A DNA stretch of 64,000 nucleotides, taken from positions 55,121 to 119,120 of the IMG/VR virus record IMGVR_UViG_3300017911_002159. One strand, 5' to 3'. How positions within the stretch are numbered: position 1 is the first letter of the stretch; every line of letters starts with the position of its first letter. The stretch is from a virus (taxonomy: Duplodnaviria; Caudoviricetes). The notes beneath the pieces were generated by a model. The model had not been told where the DNA came from and searched no databases. It worked only from the letters and a program-made list of their open reading frames with translations. Positions 29,437-37,423 of the stretch are shown here, in pieces. The translations under genes and the position numbers were made by a program.

Positions 29437-30191
29437 CAGTACTGCCCTCTGTTTAATCTATTGGCATTTCTTCTTTTAATAGCTTGATAATAGTCATAGT
29501 TATATGGTCTTAGGGGGCCAGCTTTATCAAGTATACTTTTTAATCCTTTTAATCCAGTCATAACTAGATTTACAGGACTCTCTGTTATAGGTCTTGGCTT
29601 TGGAATAGGGAAACTGACTGGTACAGTTCTGGTAGGCTTTAGTCTGTCTAATGGGTTCTTATCTGGTCTATTTGATGGAGCATATACACCAATAGATGGG
29701 TCGGGATTGTTTGGATCTGGGCCATCACCGACACCAAAATAGTTTATACCTTGTATAGTTCTAGTAATTGGTTTGGTAGCAGGAGGATCCATATAGATTT
29801 TATCACCGCTTCTATAATACGTTATTGGTCGTGGCTTTACTTTACTAGCAAGATAAGCACCACTAATGCTTGTGCCATCACCAATGTCTACTAGATTATC
29901 ATCATTAAACTGTTGTTCCGAAAGAGTCATTGCACCTAATTTCATTATCTGTTCGTTAAATCTTACAGAGTCCACAAAATCATCTGGAGATGCTGTAAAT
30001 TCAAAATCATTTTTTACGTAGTCGTTAAAGAATCTACCAGCAGAGTCTGCATTAATAAAATCATTGTAAACATCTTCAGGCACGTTGATGTAAGTGTAGT
30101 TTTTGCCAGAACCAGCAAATCTTACATTCATCTTTTTAGTCTTTTTGTTGTACGTGACCTTAGTGATGGCCGAAGAATCGAGTCTAGGCAT
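29436..30191 (-). CDS. KTSC-domain protein with Pro-rich extension
   Basis: SSAI..V.Y......V.F..G..Y.Y..VP..VY..F..A.S.G.FFN..VK. Confidence 0.8.
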   Translation of the reverse strand: MPRLDSSAITKVTYNKKTKKMNVRFAGSGKNYTYINVPEDVYNDFINADSAGRFFNDYVKNDFEFTASPDDFVDSVRFNEQIMKLGAMTLSEQQFNDDNLVDIGDGTSISGAYLASKVKPRPITYYRSGDKIYMDPPATKPITRTIQGINYFGVGDGPDPNNPDPSIGVYAPSNRPDKNPLDRLKPTRTVPVSFPIPKPRPITESPVNLVMTGLKGLKSILDKAGPLRPYNYDYYQAIKRRNANRLNRGQY

Positions 30192-30670
30192 TAGATAAAT
30201 CTATTTTTCTTTTTTCTTTTGCCGCCCTCAGAAGGAAGCTTTGTTGTACCAGTGGCAAAATATCTTGCTGTACGACCACCAAGACCGACACCTTTTCTAA
30301 TACCGTAACCAGTGCCTTTGATTAGACCATAGGTTAGACCTGCAGTACCGCCAGCAAGACCACCCATCGTGACATAATTTGGATTTCCTGTTAAAGCTTG
30401 AGCACCAAGACCCATTAAACTACCAAGTGCAGCACCGCCAAGAGTACCGGCAGCGGCTCCACCAAATGCACCTAAAGGAGCTGCTGTAGCACCACCATAG
30501 TATCGACCAACATTAAGGCCAATTCGACCAGTTGTTGTTTCTGGTGTGTCCATTTGTTCTGGCGAAACCATTACGTCAGATCCAAGTCTTGTAGAAAATG
30601 GATTGATAGTGCTGCCCTTTTTCTTTTTCTTTCCTCTAGCTTCTTGAATGGCCATTCTTGAGTAAGACAT
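30191..30670 (-). CDS. glycine-zipper protein with leader MSYSRMAIQE
   Basis: GAFGGAAAGTLGGAALGSLMGLG and GGLAGGTAGLTYG; poly-Lys at both ends. Confidence 0.65.
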   Translation of the reverse strand: MSYSRMAIQEARGKKKKKGSTINPFSTRLGSDVMVSPEQMDTPETTTGRIGLNVGRYYGGATAAPLGAFGGAAAGTLGGAALGSLMGLGAQALTGNPNYVTMGGLAGGTAGLTYGLIKGTGYGIRKGVGLGGRTARYFATGTTKLPSEGGKRKKKNRFI

Positions 30671-30671
30671 T

Positions 30672-31094
30672 TTAATATCTCCCGTCTCTTTCTAACTCCG
30701 CTGCAATAGCATTAGCATAATCGATATCTGCTGCTCTAGAACCAGCTATAGCAGAGCCAAGTCTTGATCCTGCCGCTGCACCAAGCACGCCAAGACCTAC
30801 CTGTGCCAGACCTGTAACTTTTCCTTTAGTAAAGGCATCTTGACCACCAACACTTGCACCGTATTTGCCGCCAGCCATTATACCTAAAGCAGTTCCAGCT
30901 AAGGCACCGATACCACGACCAACAAGTCTTCTTCTATCAGACTTTCTTTTTTGGTCTGTTACTTGTGGATCGATATCAACAAACTTTCTTTTAAAAGCTA
31001 CCTGTGGAGCAGAAGATTCATAGACACGATGATGTCTTTGTTGTTTTGTGGGCGAAAAAGCTTCTTTGATAGCTTCATTACATGCTTGACACAT
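30672..31094 (-). CDS. glycine-zipper protein with leader MCQACNEAIKE
   Basis: RRRLVGRGIGALAGTALGIMAGG, GLGVLGAAAGSRLG; AAGGAG RBS. Confidence 0.65.
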   Translation of the reverse strand: MCQACNEAIKEAFSPTKQQRHHRVYESSAPQVAFKRKFVDIDPQVTDQKRKSDRRRLVGRGIGALAGTALGIMAGGKYGASVGGQDAFTKGKVTGLAQVGLGVLGAAAGSRLGSAIAGSRAADIDYANAIAAELERDGRY

Positions 31095-31115
31095 ATATAT
31101 CTCCTTGAATTTCTA

Positions 31116-31583
31116 CTATTTAGGTGGATTGGCAGTATTCTGAACGTTTCTTATGGCTTGAGCAGGTGTGCTGATTTTAAAACGATTCAAACCAGCTTGA
31201 ATTAAAGCACTTGCATCAGAAGGAGAGAAAGAAGCTCCTTCAACACCTTGCCTAGATGCAGCAAAGTTAGCCAAACCTCTTGCTTGTTCAGCCCCTGTAT
31301 AAACCTTAGCAGCACCTAATCTTGCAGGAGAAGACGTTTGGTAAGGCGGCTCTTGAGGTTTCTTACCAAAAAGACCAAACAGTTCGTAAAGTCCTTGTTC
31401 GATGAGTTGTTCTTTTTTCATTGGAAGTCCTTTATGTTTTGTTGAAGCATATTTTTCGATATCTTTTAGAGTCATAGAATCAGCAGCTTTTTTTACGTCT
31501 GCTGATACGTCTTTCACTTCACCTCTTTTGTAGGCGAGTACAAGACCAAAAAACTTTTGTTGTTGTTTTGATACTGCTGGCAT
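31116..31583 (-). CDS. DUF3008-like N-domain plus extension
   Basis: MPAVSKQQQKF.G...AYKRGE...SMT.K...YASTKHKGLP.K; LIE/LYE sites at the junction. Confidence 0.65.
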   Translation of the reverse strand: MPAVSKQQQKFFGLVLAYKRGEVKDVSADVKKAADSMTLKDIEKYASTKHKGLPMKKEQLIEQGLYELFGLFGKKPQEPPYQTSSPARLGAAKVYTGAEQARGLANFAASRQGVEGASFSPSDASALIQAGLNRFKISTPAQAIRNVQNTANPPK

Positions 31584-32144
31584 TTAAATTACCTCGAATA
31601 AGTTTCTACCGAATGATCTAACAACATCACCGTCTTGAGAGATCATAATTCTTTGCATGTCTCTAAGCTTGGTGTCTGTAAGGTGTCTTCTTCTCATACC
31701 TTGTGCTAAGAAGATATGAACTTCTATTGGATCGTCACCTTCAACTTCTTGAACGGCAACCATTCTGTTTCTGCCTTCATGGTTCATGACTTCTGCAGGT
31801 TGATCACCCTCTTCATCAACCCTTACGATTAAGAAAGGAGCACCGATAGCTTCTCCGTCCCTTAGTTCGTTAGCAATAGAGGAAGCAGATCTAGCAAAGA
31901 AGTTTCTTCTTTCGGCAAGTTCTAAGAAAACAGATGGTTTCATAAGAGTTCTGACGCCAAGATAATCGACTTCTTGGTTATCAGGTACAGCACCCATTCC
32001 TCTGACATTATCGATAACGACTTCTTTAAGAGCTTTAAGACCTTCATTCATGATGGCAGCTTTTTTGATGTAAGGAACACTTCTTGTTCTAAAGTCTGTG
32101 CTACGTCTGCCGTATGGATTGATAGGGTTTCTTTTAAATCTCAT
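31584..32144 (-). CDS. ParB/Srx-like domain protein
   Basis: IGAPFLIV....V..HEGRNRM. Confidence 0.5.
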   Translation of the reverse strand: MRFKRNPINPYGRRSTDFRTRSVPYIKKAAIMNEGLKALKEVVIDNVRGMGAVPDNQEVDYLGVRTLMKPSVFLELAERRNFFARSASSIANELRDGEAIGAPFLIVRVDEEGDQPAEVMNHEGRNRMVAVQEVEGDDPIEVHIFLAQGMRRRHLTDTKLRDMQRIMISQDGDVVRSFGRNLFEVI

Positions 32145-32146
32145 GC

Positions 32147-32293
32147 TTATCTCTTTCTCATGGTTATGAGTCCGAGTCCTCTGTTAGGATTACGTGACTT
32201 AATAGGAATTCTGAGAGGATTAGGATTAGCAAGAGGATTGGTGACTGCTTCTCTCAGAGCTTTGTAGCCTATTTCCATAAGTCTTCTGGACAT
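32147..32293 (-). CDS. 48-aa basic peptide with leader MSRRLMEIGYKALRE (not in ORF track)
   Basis: Coupled TAATG start; leader nearly identical to upstream gene. Confidence 0.7.
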   Translation of the reverse strand: MSRRLMEIGYKALREAVTNPLANPNPLRIPIKSRNPNRGLGLITMRKR

Positions 32294-32697
32294 TATCTTG
32301 GTCCTTTTTTTGCATTAGATTTAAAGATGCCTTGAGCAATAAATGGATCTTGTCTCCTTGGGATGTCACCCTCAATATCTAATTCTCTTCTTGCAGAATC
32401 AAACTCATCTTTGTAAACACCCCGCTGACCTTGAAGTTCACTATATGCATTTTGCCTCATTCTTTCATATGCTTGATTTTCTAATTTGGGGGGAAAATTG
32501 TAGTCAGGATACTTTTTAGTCAGGTCTGCAGCGGGTTTAGTAACACTTTTAACCACTTCATCCCCCGGATTACCTGTCATAAAAGTATTCATATTACGGG
32601 CAAATCCATCTTTTGACACAGCAGTAGGAGATCTCATGTGCATTTGCTCTCTTTCTCTCAGAGCTTTGTATCCCATTTCCATCAATTCTCTAGACAT
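32293..32697 (-). CDS. putative head-internal protein, leader MSRELMEMGYKALRE
   Basis: First gene after minus-strand late promoter. Confidence 0.6.
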   Translation of the reverse strand: MSRELMEMGYKALREREQMHMRSPTAVSKDGFARNMNTFMTGNPGDEVVKSVTKPAADLTKKYPDYNFPPKLENQAYERMRQNAYSELQGQRGVYKDEFDSARRELDIEGDIPRRQDPFIAQGIFKSNAKKGPR

Positions 32698-32727
32698 GTC
32701 CCATTCCTTTGTGTTATAAGTTACCCC

Positions 32728-32735
32728 TATTTATT
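32728..32735 (-). promoter_or_regulatory. late promoter variant
   Basis: AATAAATA on minus strand ~30 nt before ATG 32697; second variant CCTAAATA at 31117-31124. Confidence 0.6.
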
Positions 32736-32755
32736 TTAAAAAGGATTAGAAGAGA

Positions 32756-33241
32756 ATGGTTTTAAGTCCGTTAAAGGAAGACAAAGATGTAAGATGGATT
32801 GATCCTGATACAGGAGCAGCGGCATGCACTTACAACACTTGTCGTCAAAAGTTTGAGCAAGTGACCCTGACCCATACTTACACCTTTAATACACATAAAG
32901 ATGACATCGATGGTCCTACAAAAGATCTAGAGTTTTACTTTCATGTTTGTCAAAGCTGTAATAGAAAGCTTATTTCACAAACAGACACAATCAAGACTAA
33001 AGAAAACTATAGAGACTTCAAACATCCTAAGACCAGAGAAGAGCTACCGTCTTTTGATAAGGATAGAACAGCTATCCAAAAGATTCAGAAGAAGATGTTT
33101 GATGAGTATGACCCTAAAGAAGTAGAAGATGATGGATTCATCACAGTTCATCCTAATCAACACTATGTTGATAGAGATATTGAATCCCCTCTATTGACCA
33201 ATGAACAATATGATAAGATCAAGAGACTAGAGAATGGTTGA
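32756..33241 (+). CDS. hypothetical protein, possible Zn finger
   Basis: CTYNTC and CQSC pairs. Confidence 0.6.
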   Translation: MVLSPLKEDKDVRWIDPDTGAAACTYNTCRQKFEQVTLTHTYTFNTHKDDIDGPTKDLEFYFHVCQSCNRKLISQTDTIKTKENYRDFKHPKTREELPSFDKDRTAIQKIQKKMFDEYDPKEVEDDGFITVHPNQHYVDRDIESPLLTNEQYDKIKRLENG

Positions 33242-33374
33242 AGCCTTAATTGCTATCCCAACTATCATATTCTTTATCTTCACGATTATACTAGCATGGA
33301 CAGTCATAGGTTTACTCATATGGTATGTCTTAGATAGACTGATTAATCTTTATAAAAAAAGGGGGCAAGATTAG
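33234..33374 (+). CDS. small membrane protein
   Basis: MVEALIAIPTIIFFIFTIILAWTVIGLLIWYVLDRLINLYKKRGQD*. Confidence 0.45.
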   Translation: MVEALIAIPTIIFFIFTIILAWTVIGLLIWYVLDRLINLYKKRGQD

Positions 33375-33381
33375 CCCCCTT
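33354..33381. terminator. terminator between convergent genes
   Basis: AAAAAAAGGGGGC-AAGATTA-GCCCCCTT. Confidence 0.65.
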
Positions 33382-33589
33382 ATCCATGTAGTGTAACAAA
33401 ACCACGAAACTTGTCTTTAGACGTATCCCATTCTTGTATCATACTGCGTGTTTTATCTTCACCAGCAAAGTCTACAGACTCTCTAGTGTTTTCATCTATC
33501 CATGCTTGAGCAGCTTTTCTAGACGTAAAGCCTACTACCTGTTCTTCACAACCAGAATAGTCAGTCCAGTTAGCAATGTAGATCTTCAT
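33380..33589 (-). CDS. hypothetical protein
   Basis: MKIYIANW.. with AGGAG RBS. Confidence 0.6.
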   Translation of the reverse strand: MKIYIANWTDYSGCEEQVVGFTSRKAAQAWIDENTRESVDFAGEDKTRSMIQEWDTSKDKFRGFVTLHG

Positions 33590-33600
33590 AACAACAACTC

Positions 33601-33717
33601 CTATTGTAACCAAGCAGGTCCGAAGGCAACAGAGATAAAGGAAAACACTAGAGCCATAAACATAACACCAACAGGTAACACCATAAACTGTAGAAAGTAA
33701 CTCCACCAACTTCTCAT
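33601..33717 (-). CDS. small membrane peptide
   Basis: MRSWWSYFLQFMVLPVGVMFMALVFSF.., AAGGA RBS. Confidence 0.5.
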   Translation of the reverse strand: MRSWWSYFLQFMVLPVGVMFMALVFSFISVAFGPAWLQ

Positions 33718-33751
33718 CTCAAAACATCCTTTCTTTAACCTCATAGAGAAT

Positions 33752-33780
33752 AGTATACAAGCTCCTACAAGACATGTCAA
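33752..33780 (-). promoter_or_regulatory. sigma70-type early promoter
   Basis: TTGACA-N17-TATACT. Confidence 0.8.
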
Positions 33781-34190
33781 GAATAAAACAATAAACACCT
33801 CGACAGTCCCTTAAACCCCCGTCAGCAAGGCTTAGAAGGCGTTTAAACAGGGTACAGTGTCAGGTAGTGTTACAATTAAAAAAACGTTTCTTTTTAAAAC
33901 AAGAAAACGAAAGGATGTACTATCTTTGAATTAGAATGGTACACCTGTACTATAGAATGATAACATCTATAGTCAGTGCTTAAGAGAAATGTCTTTGTAA
34001 GTTCAGCCCGCAAAATATTTCAAATTTTATTTAATATTTACGTTGAGCTATGCACTCAGTGCATGTCAATAGTTATTTTTGCATAGCATGCTAAGTTTGC
34101 ATAGCTGCCATAACAATAAAGTGGCTTATCAAATGATTCCATATATGAGAGACTATAAGAGTAAGTTAACCGATGATATTGGAGTTCATC

Positions 34191-34490
34191 ATGTCTTATA
34201 CGTTTAGCATTCTCAAATCTGACGATTCTTTTTGCAGCGTCACGATTCCCTCAAATTCGAGACAATATGCAGAAGAAATTTTTGCTGAGACTGTCTCAAA
34301 TCCGAAATTTAAATCGGAACAATTTGATACAAAGTTTACGAGACTTGCTGGTGAAAATCTAAAATCCGAAGAATACCGAGACGCCATTGGTAAAGCTTGG
34401 GTCATGACTCGGAAGCAGCAGGACGAAATCGATCAAATTTTAGATGAAGATTGGGATGTGGATCCTATGTGTCCAAGCAATTTTTACTAA
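34191..34490 (+). CDS. hypothetical protein isolated in non-coding region
   Basis: GGAG RBS; hairpin GGGGAGC-TTCG-GCTCCCC at 34501-34518. Confidence 0.6.
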   Translation: MSYTFSILKSDDSFCSVTIPSNSRQYAEEIFAETVSNPKFKSEQFDTKFTRLAGENLKSEEYRDAIGKAWVMTRKQQDEIDQILDEDWDVDPMCPSNFY

Positions 34491-34898
34491 AATTTTAGCC
34501 GGGGAGCTTCGGCTCCCCACTATTTAAAATTTGATCTACCCGGACGATGGGGGCAGCACTCGGATTTTTTTCCGCAGTGTTAGAGTCAGAAACCAAACCT
34601 GCCATATTTTTAAGTACCCCAAATTTTAGACAAATATATTCAGTATTGTATGGATAGGGTATGATAGATAAAGTTTAAAACAAGTCTTATGGTACAAGTG
34701 TACTATACATAAAATTTTAGACAATGTTTAGAGTACAATTGTACCATGTACAACTATGTCTGTATTGCATACCAGTCATGCATAAGGGGGGGATGCAAAT
34801 TAGATTTTGTGGCATGGGGTTTGCATGCTAGAATTATGCCCCAAATAAAAATTTCGATTTTTACCTTAATTGAAAACTCCGCCCAAAAAAACAAAAAT

Positions 34899-35036
34899 AA
34901 ATTTTAGAGAAATACCTTTTTGATTTAGTTTAACTTCCCTAGGCAAAAAATGCGGCAGTATAAAATTTTAGAAAAAACCCTTTTTAAATTATCTTAACTT
35001 CCCTAGACCCAAAAAATCGGGCCGCTAAAATTTTAG
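34899..35036. repeat. ~64-bp imperfect tandem repeat with AAATTTTAG and TTAACTTCCCTAG
   Basis: AAATTTTAG at 34899, 34963, 35028 (also 34490, 34621, 34712); TTAACTTCCCTAG at 34930, 34994. Confidence 0.8.
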
Positions 35037-35250
35037 GTTTTACCCTCGACATTCCAAAAATGCATGGCAGATATGCAGGGGCAAAAATGTTCTTGCAACA
35101 TGTCTTATCTTGTGGCACTATAGGACCATGAAAAGCGAGAACAGCAACGGAAACGGAAGCGCTTTCTTTCTTGTTCTTATGCGTGGCAAGCAGTCACCAT
35201 ATAGAGAAAGACAAGCAAACGGATTTTCTAAAATTGTTTTCGATTTTCTA

Positions 35251-35279
35251 TTGACTTCAAAAATGCTTTGGTTTAATAT
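35251..35279 (+). promoter_or_regulatory. sigma70-type early promoter
   Basis: TTGACT-N17-TAATAT. Confidence 0.7.
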
Positions 35280-35338
35280 CAGGGCAAGCTTAGGAAAGCG
35301 GCAACGTTTCGGCCTAGGCAAGCGGAAGAAAAAAAGAC

Positions 35339-35367
35339 TTGACTTCAAATATGGTTTAGTTTAGTAT
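35339..35367 (+). promoter_or_regulatory. sigma70-type early promoter, near-copy of 35251
   Basis: TTGACT-N17-TAGTAT. Confidence 0.7.
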
Positions 35368-35376
35368 CTTCCTACA

Positions 35377-35655
35377 GTAAGCGGCAGGTGCACACCTGTT
35401 TTACAAAAGCGTGTTTTGCAACGTAATGGATTTTGTGTAGTGTGCAAATAGATTCCTTAGGGATGCACAAAATCGGGCTTCTAGTAGTGGGATGGCAACC
35501 ATGAAAGAATGCTCAAACCGCCGTGGCCGGGTAAATTGTCAGAGGGCTGAAGAACGTGAAGGTGGGCAGTCAGAATCCCTAAGGATCGGTAAAAAATCTT
35601 CAAGCTTTGCTTGAACCGGTTTGTTGCGGGGCTTCTCACTACTGTCCCGCAACCA
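35377..35655 (+). ncRNA. putative structured ncRNA with two long-range pairings
   Basis: No credible ORF, GC-elevated, multiple stems; 35454-64/35575-85 and 35483-92/35634-43 complementary. Confidence 0.6.
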
Positions 35656-35794
35656 TGACCCCTTGTGTTGTTTTTGGCGATAGCGAAAACTTTGTATCAA
35701 ATTTGATCTTCTCCTCCCATATAATGTAATTTGGTACGACTCCAAACTGTTTTCGTTATCACCTAAACCAACACTAGATAAAGGTTTAGAAAAA

Positions 35795-36076
35795 ATGACT
35801 GAGTTGAACGAATACGGTTACCCGCTGCATGACTTGTCTGTCAGCCTTGAAATGCAACGATGCATCAACAGATTGTTTGCTGCACTGAATGACGTGAATT
35901 CAGGGGATCGACTCGAATATGCTGTTGCACTGAAGCTTGACCGATATGGTGACGCACTTCGTGAAATTCGACGTGCTGAAGATAATGTAAAATACTTTCG
36001 GCAGATTGTTGAGGCCAAAATCAAAAACACTGAACAACTGCAACTTGACCGTGAACGTGAAAAAGTTGTTGACTAA
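35795..36076 (+). CDS. early hypothetical protein
   Basis: ORF with AAGG RBS. Confidence 0.6.
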   Translation: MTELNEYGYPLHDLSVSLEMQRCINRLFAALNDVNSGDRLEYAVALKLDRYGDALREIRRAEDNVKYFRQIVEAKIKNTEQLQLDREREKVVD

Positions 36077-36097
36077 CGAAATATGGTTTGGTAAGAT
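36069..36097 (+). promoter_or_regulatory. sigma70-type early promoter
   Basis: TTGACT-N17-TAAGAT; spacer shares AAATATGGTTT with 35339. Confidence 0.7.
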
Positions 36098-36120
36098 AAG
36101 TTATCAAATGAGGTGATGAA

Positions 36121-36303
36121 ATGACTGATCAAATCGACAACACTTCCCGACTCAAGCATATCGACGAATTGCTTGATCACCTTGACGAACAAATTCTAAA
36201 TCTGGACTTGCCCAAATACATGAAGCGCCGTCTTAGCGGTCAAGTCTATGCACTCTATAACAAGCTTGAACAAGCTGTTGATGACTTCACTCCAATGCAC
36301 TGA
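36121..36303 (+). CDS. early hypothetical protein
   Basis: GAGGTG RBS. Confidence 0.6.
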   Translation: MTDQIDNTSRLKHIDELLDHLDEQILNLDLPKYMKRRLSGQVYALYNKLEQAVDDFTPMH

Positions 36304-36309
36304 GGTGAA

Positions 36310-36594
36310 ATGATGTACTCTTTACAAAAAGGTTCTGAAGGATACGTAGCCGCCTACGCTATCAATGTAAAACGTCTTAAGAATTCATGGCACGGCAATC
36401 CACAGTTTGAGATTGGTTTTGCATTCAAGAAAGATGCAACACTTTCAAAATTTACTGCAAAGACAGAAGCAAATTCAATGCTTGCTTACAAAATCTGTCC
36501 CCATTGGACTGAGGGCAAGCAATATGCCTTAACACTGACTAAGCCACGCAAAAACCTTTACATCAAAGAAATGACTGAGGTGCAAAATGTTTAA
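36310..36594 (+). CDS. early hypothetical protein
   Basis: GAGGTG RBS; RLKNS..GNP.F motif. Confidence 0.6.
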   Translation: MMYSLQKGSEGYVAAYAINVKRLKNSWHGNPQFEIGFAFKKDATLSKFTAKTEANSMLAYKICPHWTEGKQYALTLTKPRKNLYIKEMTEVQNV

Positions 36595-37207
36595 CAAGCA
36601 TCAACCCCATATCGGCAAATTTGCCGCTGAGTCACCCGAAAACACTGTCAGAGTGTTTCTCTTTGTAGTTGCCACTATCCAGCAACAATTCCACACTGTT
36701 GCTGCAATTGTCAAAGACGCTGAAGAATATGGTTTAGAATCAAAACACCTTTGGGGTCACAAGGCCAAGTCGATGGAGTACGTAATCGAAAACAAACAAT
36801 CTCTTTACGATGCAATCTTTGATCCAAATATGGATTTAGAAGATAAGCTTCTTTCGGTTGCAGAGGTTCCGGGTATCGGACTTGTAAAGGCCGGGTTTGT
36901 TCTGCAACTCTGTATCGGTGAAGTCGGTTGTCTGGATGTTCACAATCTACGCCGCTTTGGTCTGGATGCTCAGACTTTCAAACTTGGTAAAGTCAAATAT
37001 CTTACTGCAAGGAAAAAAGCAACACTCTATCTTGAAACATGTATTGACTGCGGTAATTGTGAAACACTGTGGAATGAATGGTGCCAACTTATTGCGGACA
37101 AGTATCCTAAACGCTGGAATGATGCAAATCACGTATCTGCAACTCATGCAGAAATTATCACTGGATCAATCCCGTTTATTATGGGGGAAGTAATCTATGC
37201 AGCCTGA
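36587..37207 (+). CDS. helix-hairpin-helix DNA glycosylase-like protein
   Basis: VPGIGLVKAGF followed by VGCLDVH. Confidence 0.6.
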   Translation: MFNKHQPHIGKFAAESPENTVRVFLFVVATIQQQFHTVAAIVKDAEEYGLESKHLWGHKAKSMEYVIENKQSLYDAIFDPNMDLEDKLLSVAEVPGIGLVKAGFVLQLCIGEVGCLDVHNLRRFGLDAQTFKLGKVKYLTARKKATLYLETCIDCGNCETLWNEWCQLIADKYPKRWNDANHVSATHAEIITGSIPFIMGEVIYAA

Positions 37208-37421
37208 TATTGATAAACGACATGGCGGACCGTGGGACCGGGGCAAAGCTGACTCTTACTATAGCCGTTCACCAAAACCACATTATTACAATGTAAATCG
37301 TGACGCTGAAAAGATTTACGAAAAAGTAGAAATGTCAGATATGTCAGACAATGAAATATCTGAATACTATGCAGGTTATGAATACAACGAAATGACTGGT
37401 GACCGAAAAGACTGGGGCTGA
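37197..37421 (+). CDS. conserved phage hypothetical protein
   Basis: RHGGPWDRGKADSYY.R...PHYY, Y.AGY, KDWG. Confidence 0.7.
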   Translation: MQPDIDKRHGGPWDRGKADSYYSRSPKPHYYNVNRDAEKIYEKVEMSDMSDNEISEYYAGYEYNEMTGDRKDWG

Positions 37422-37423
37422 AA

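Noticed and set aside
34191-34490. Member of the MSYS-leader family (starts MSYTFS)
   Set aside because: No (I/L)xE site in the leader, no late promoter, no hydrophobic segment
33939-34744. LexA SOS boxes
   Set aside because: GTAC-N4-GTAC fits the cyanobacterial consensus, but other evidence points to an alphaproteobacterial host with a different box; kept only as unassigned palindromes
34915-35000. CtrA boxes (TTAA-N7-TTAA)
   Set aside because: Only TTAAC half-sites with mismatched partners in very AT-rich DNA
34899-35036. CRISPR-like array
   Set aside because: Only 2-3 degenerate units, intervening sequences are similar rather than unique spacers, no cas genes
35110-35364. 84-aa ORF and antisense 76-aa ORF
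   Set aside because: Run through promoter elements, weak RBS, sequence better explained by RNA hairpins
35377-35655. Group I intron or RNase P RNA
   Set aside because: No interrupted gene, no recognisable P/Q/R/S core or GAGGAAAGTCC motif
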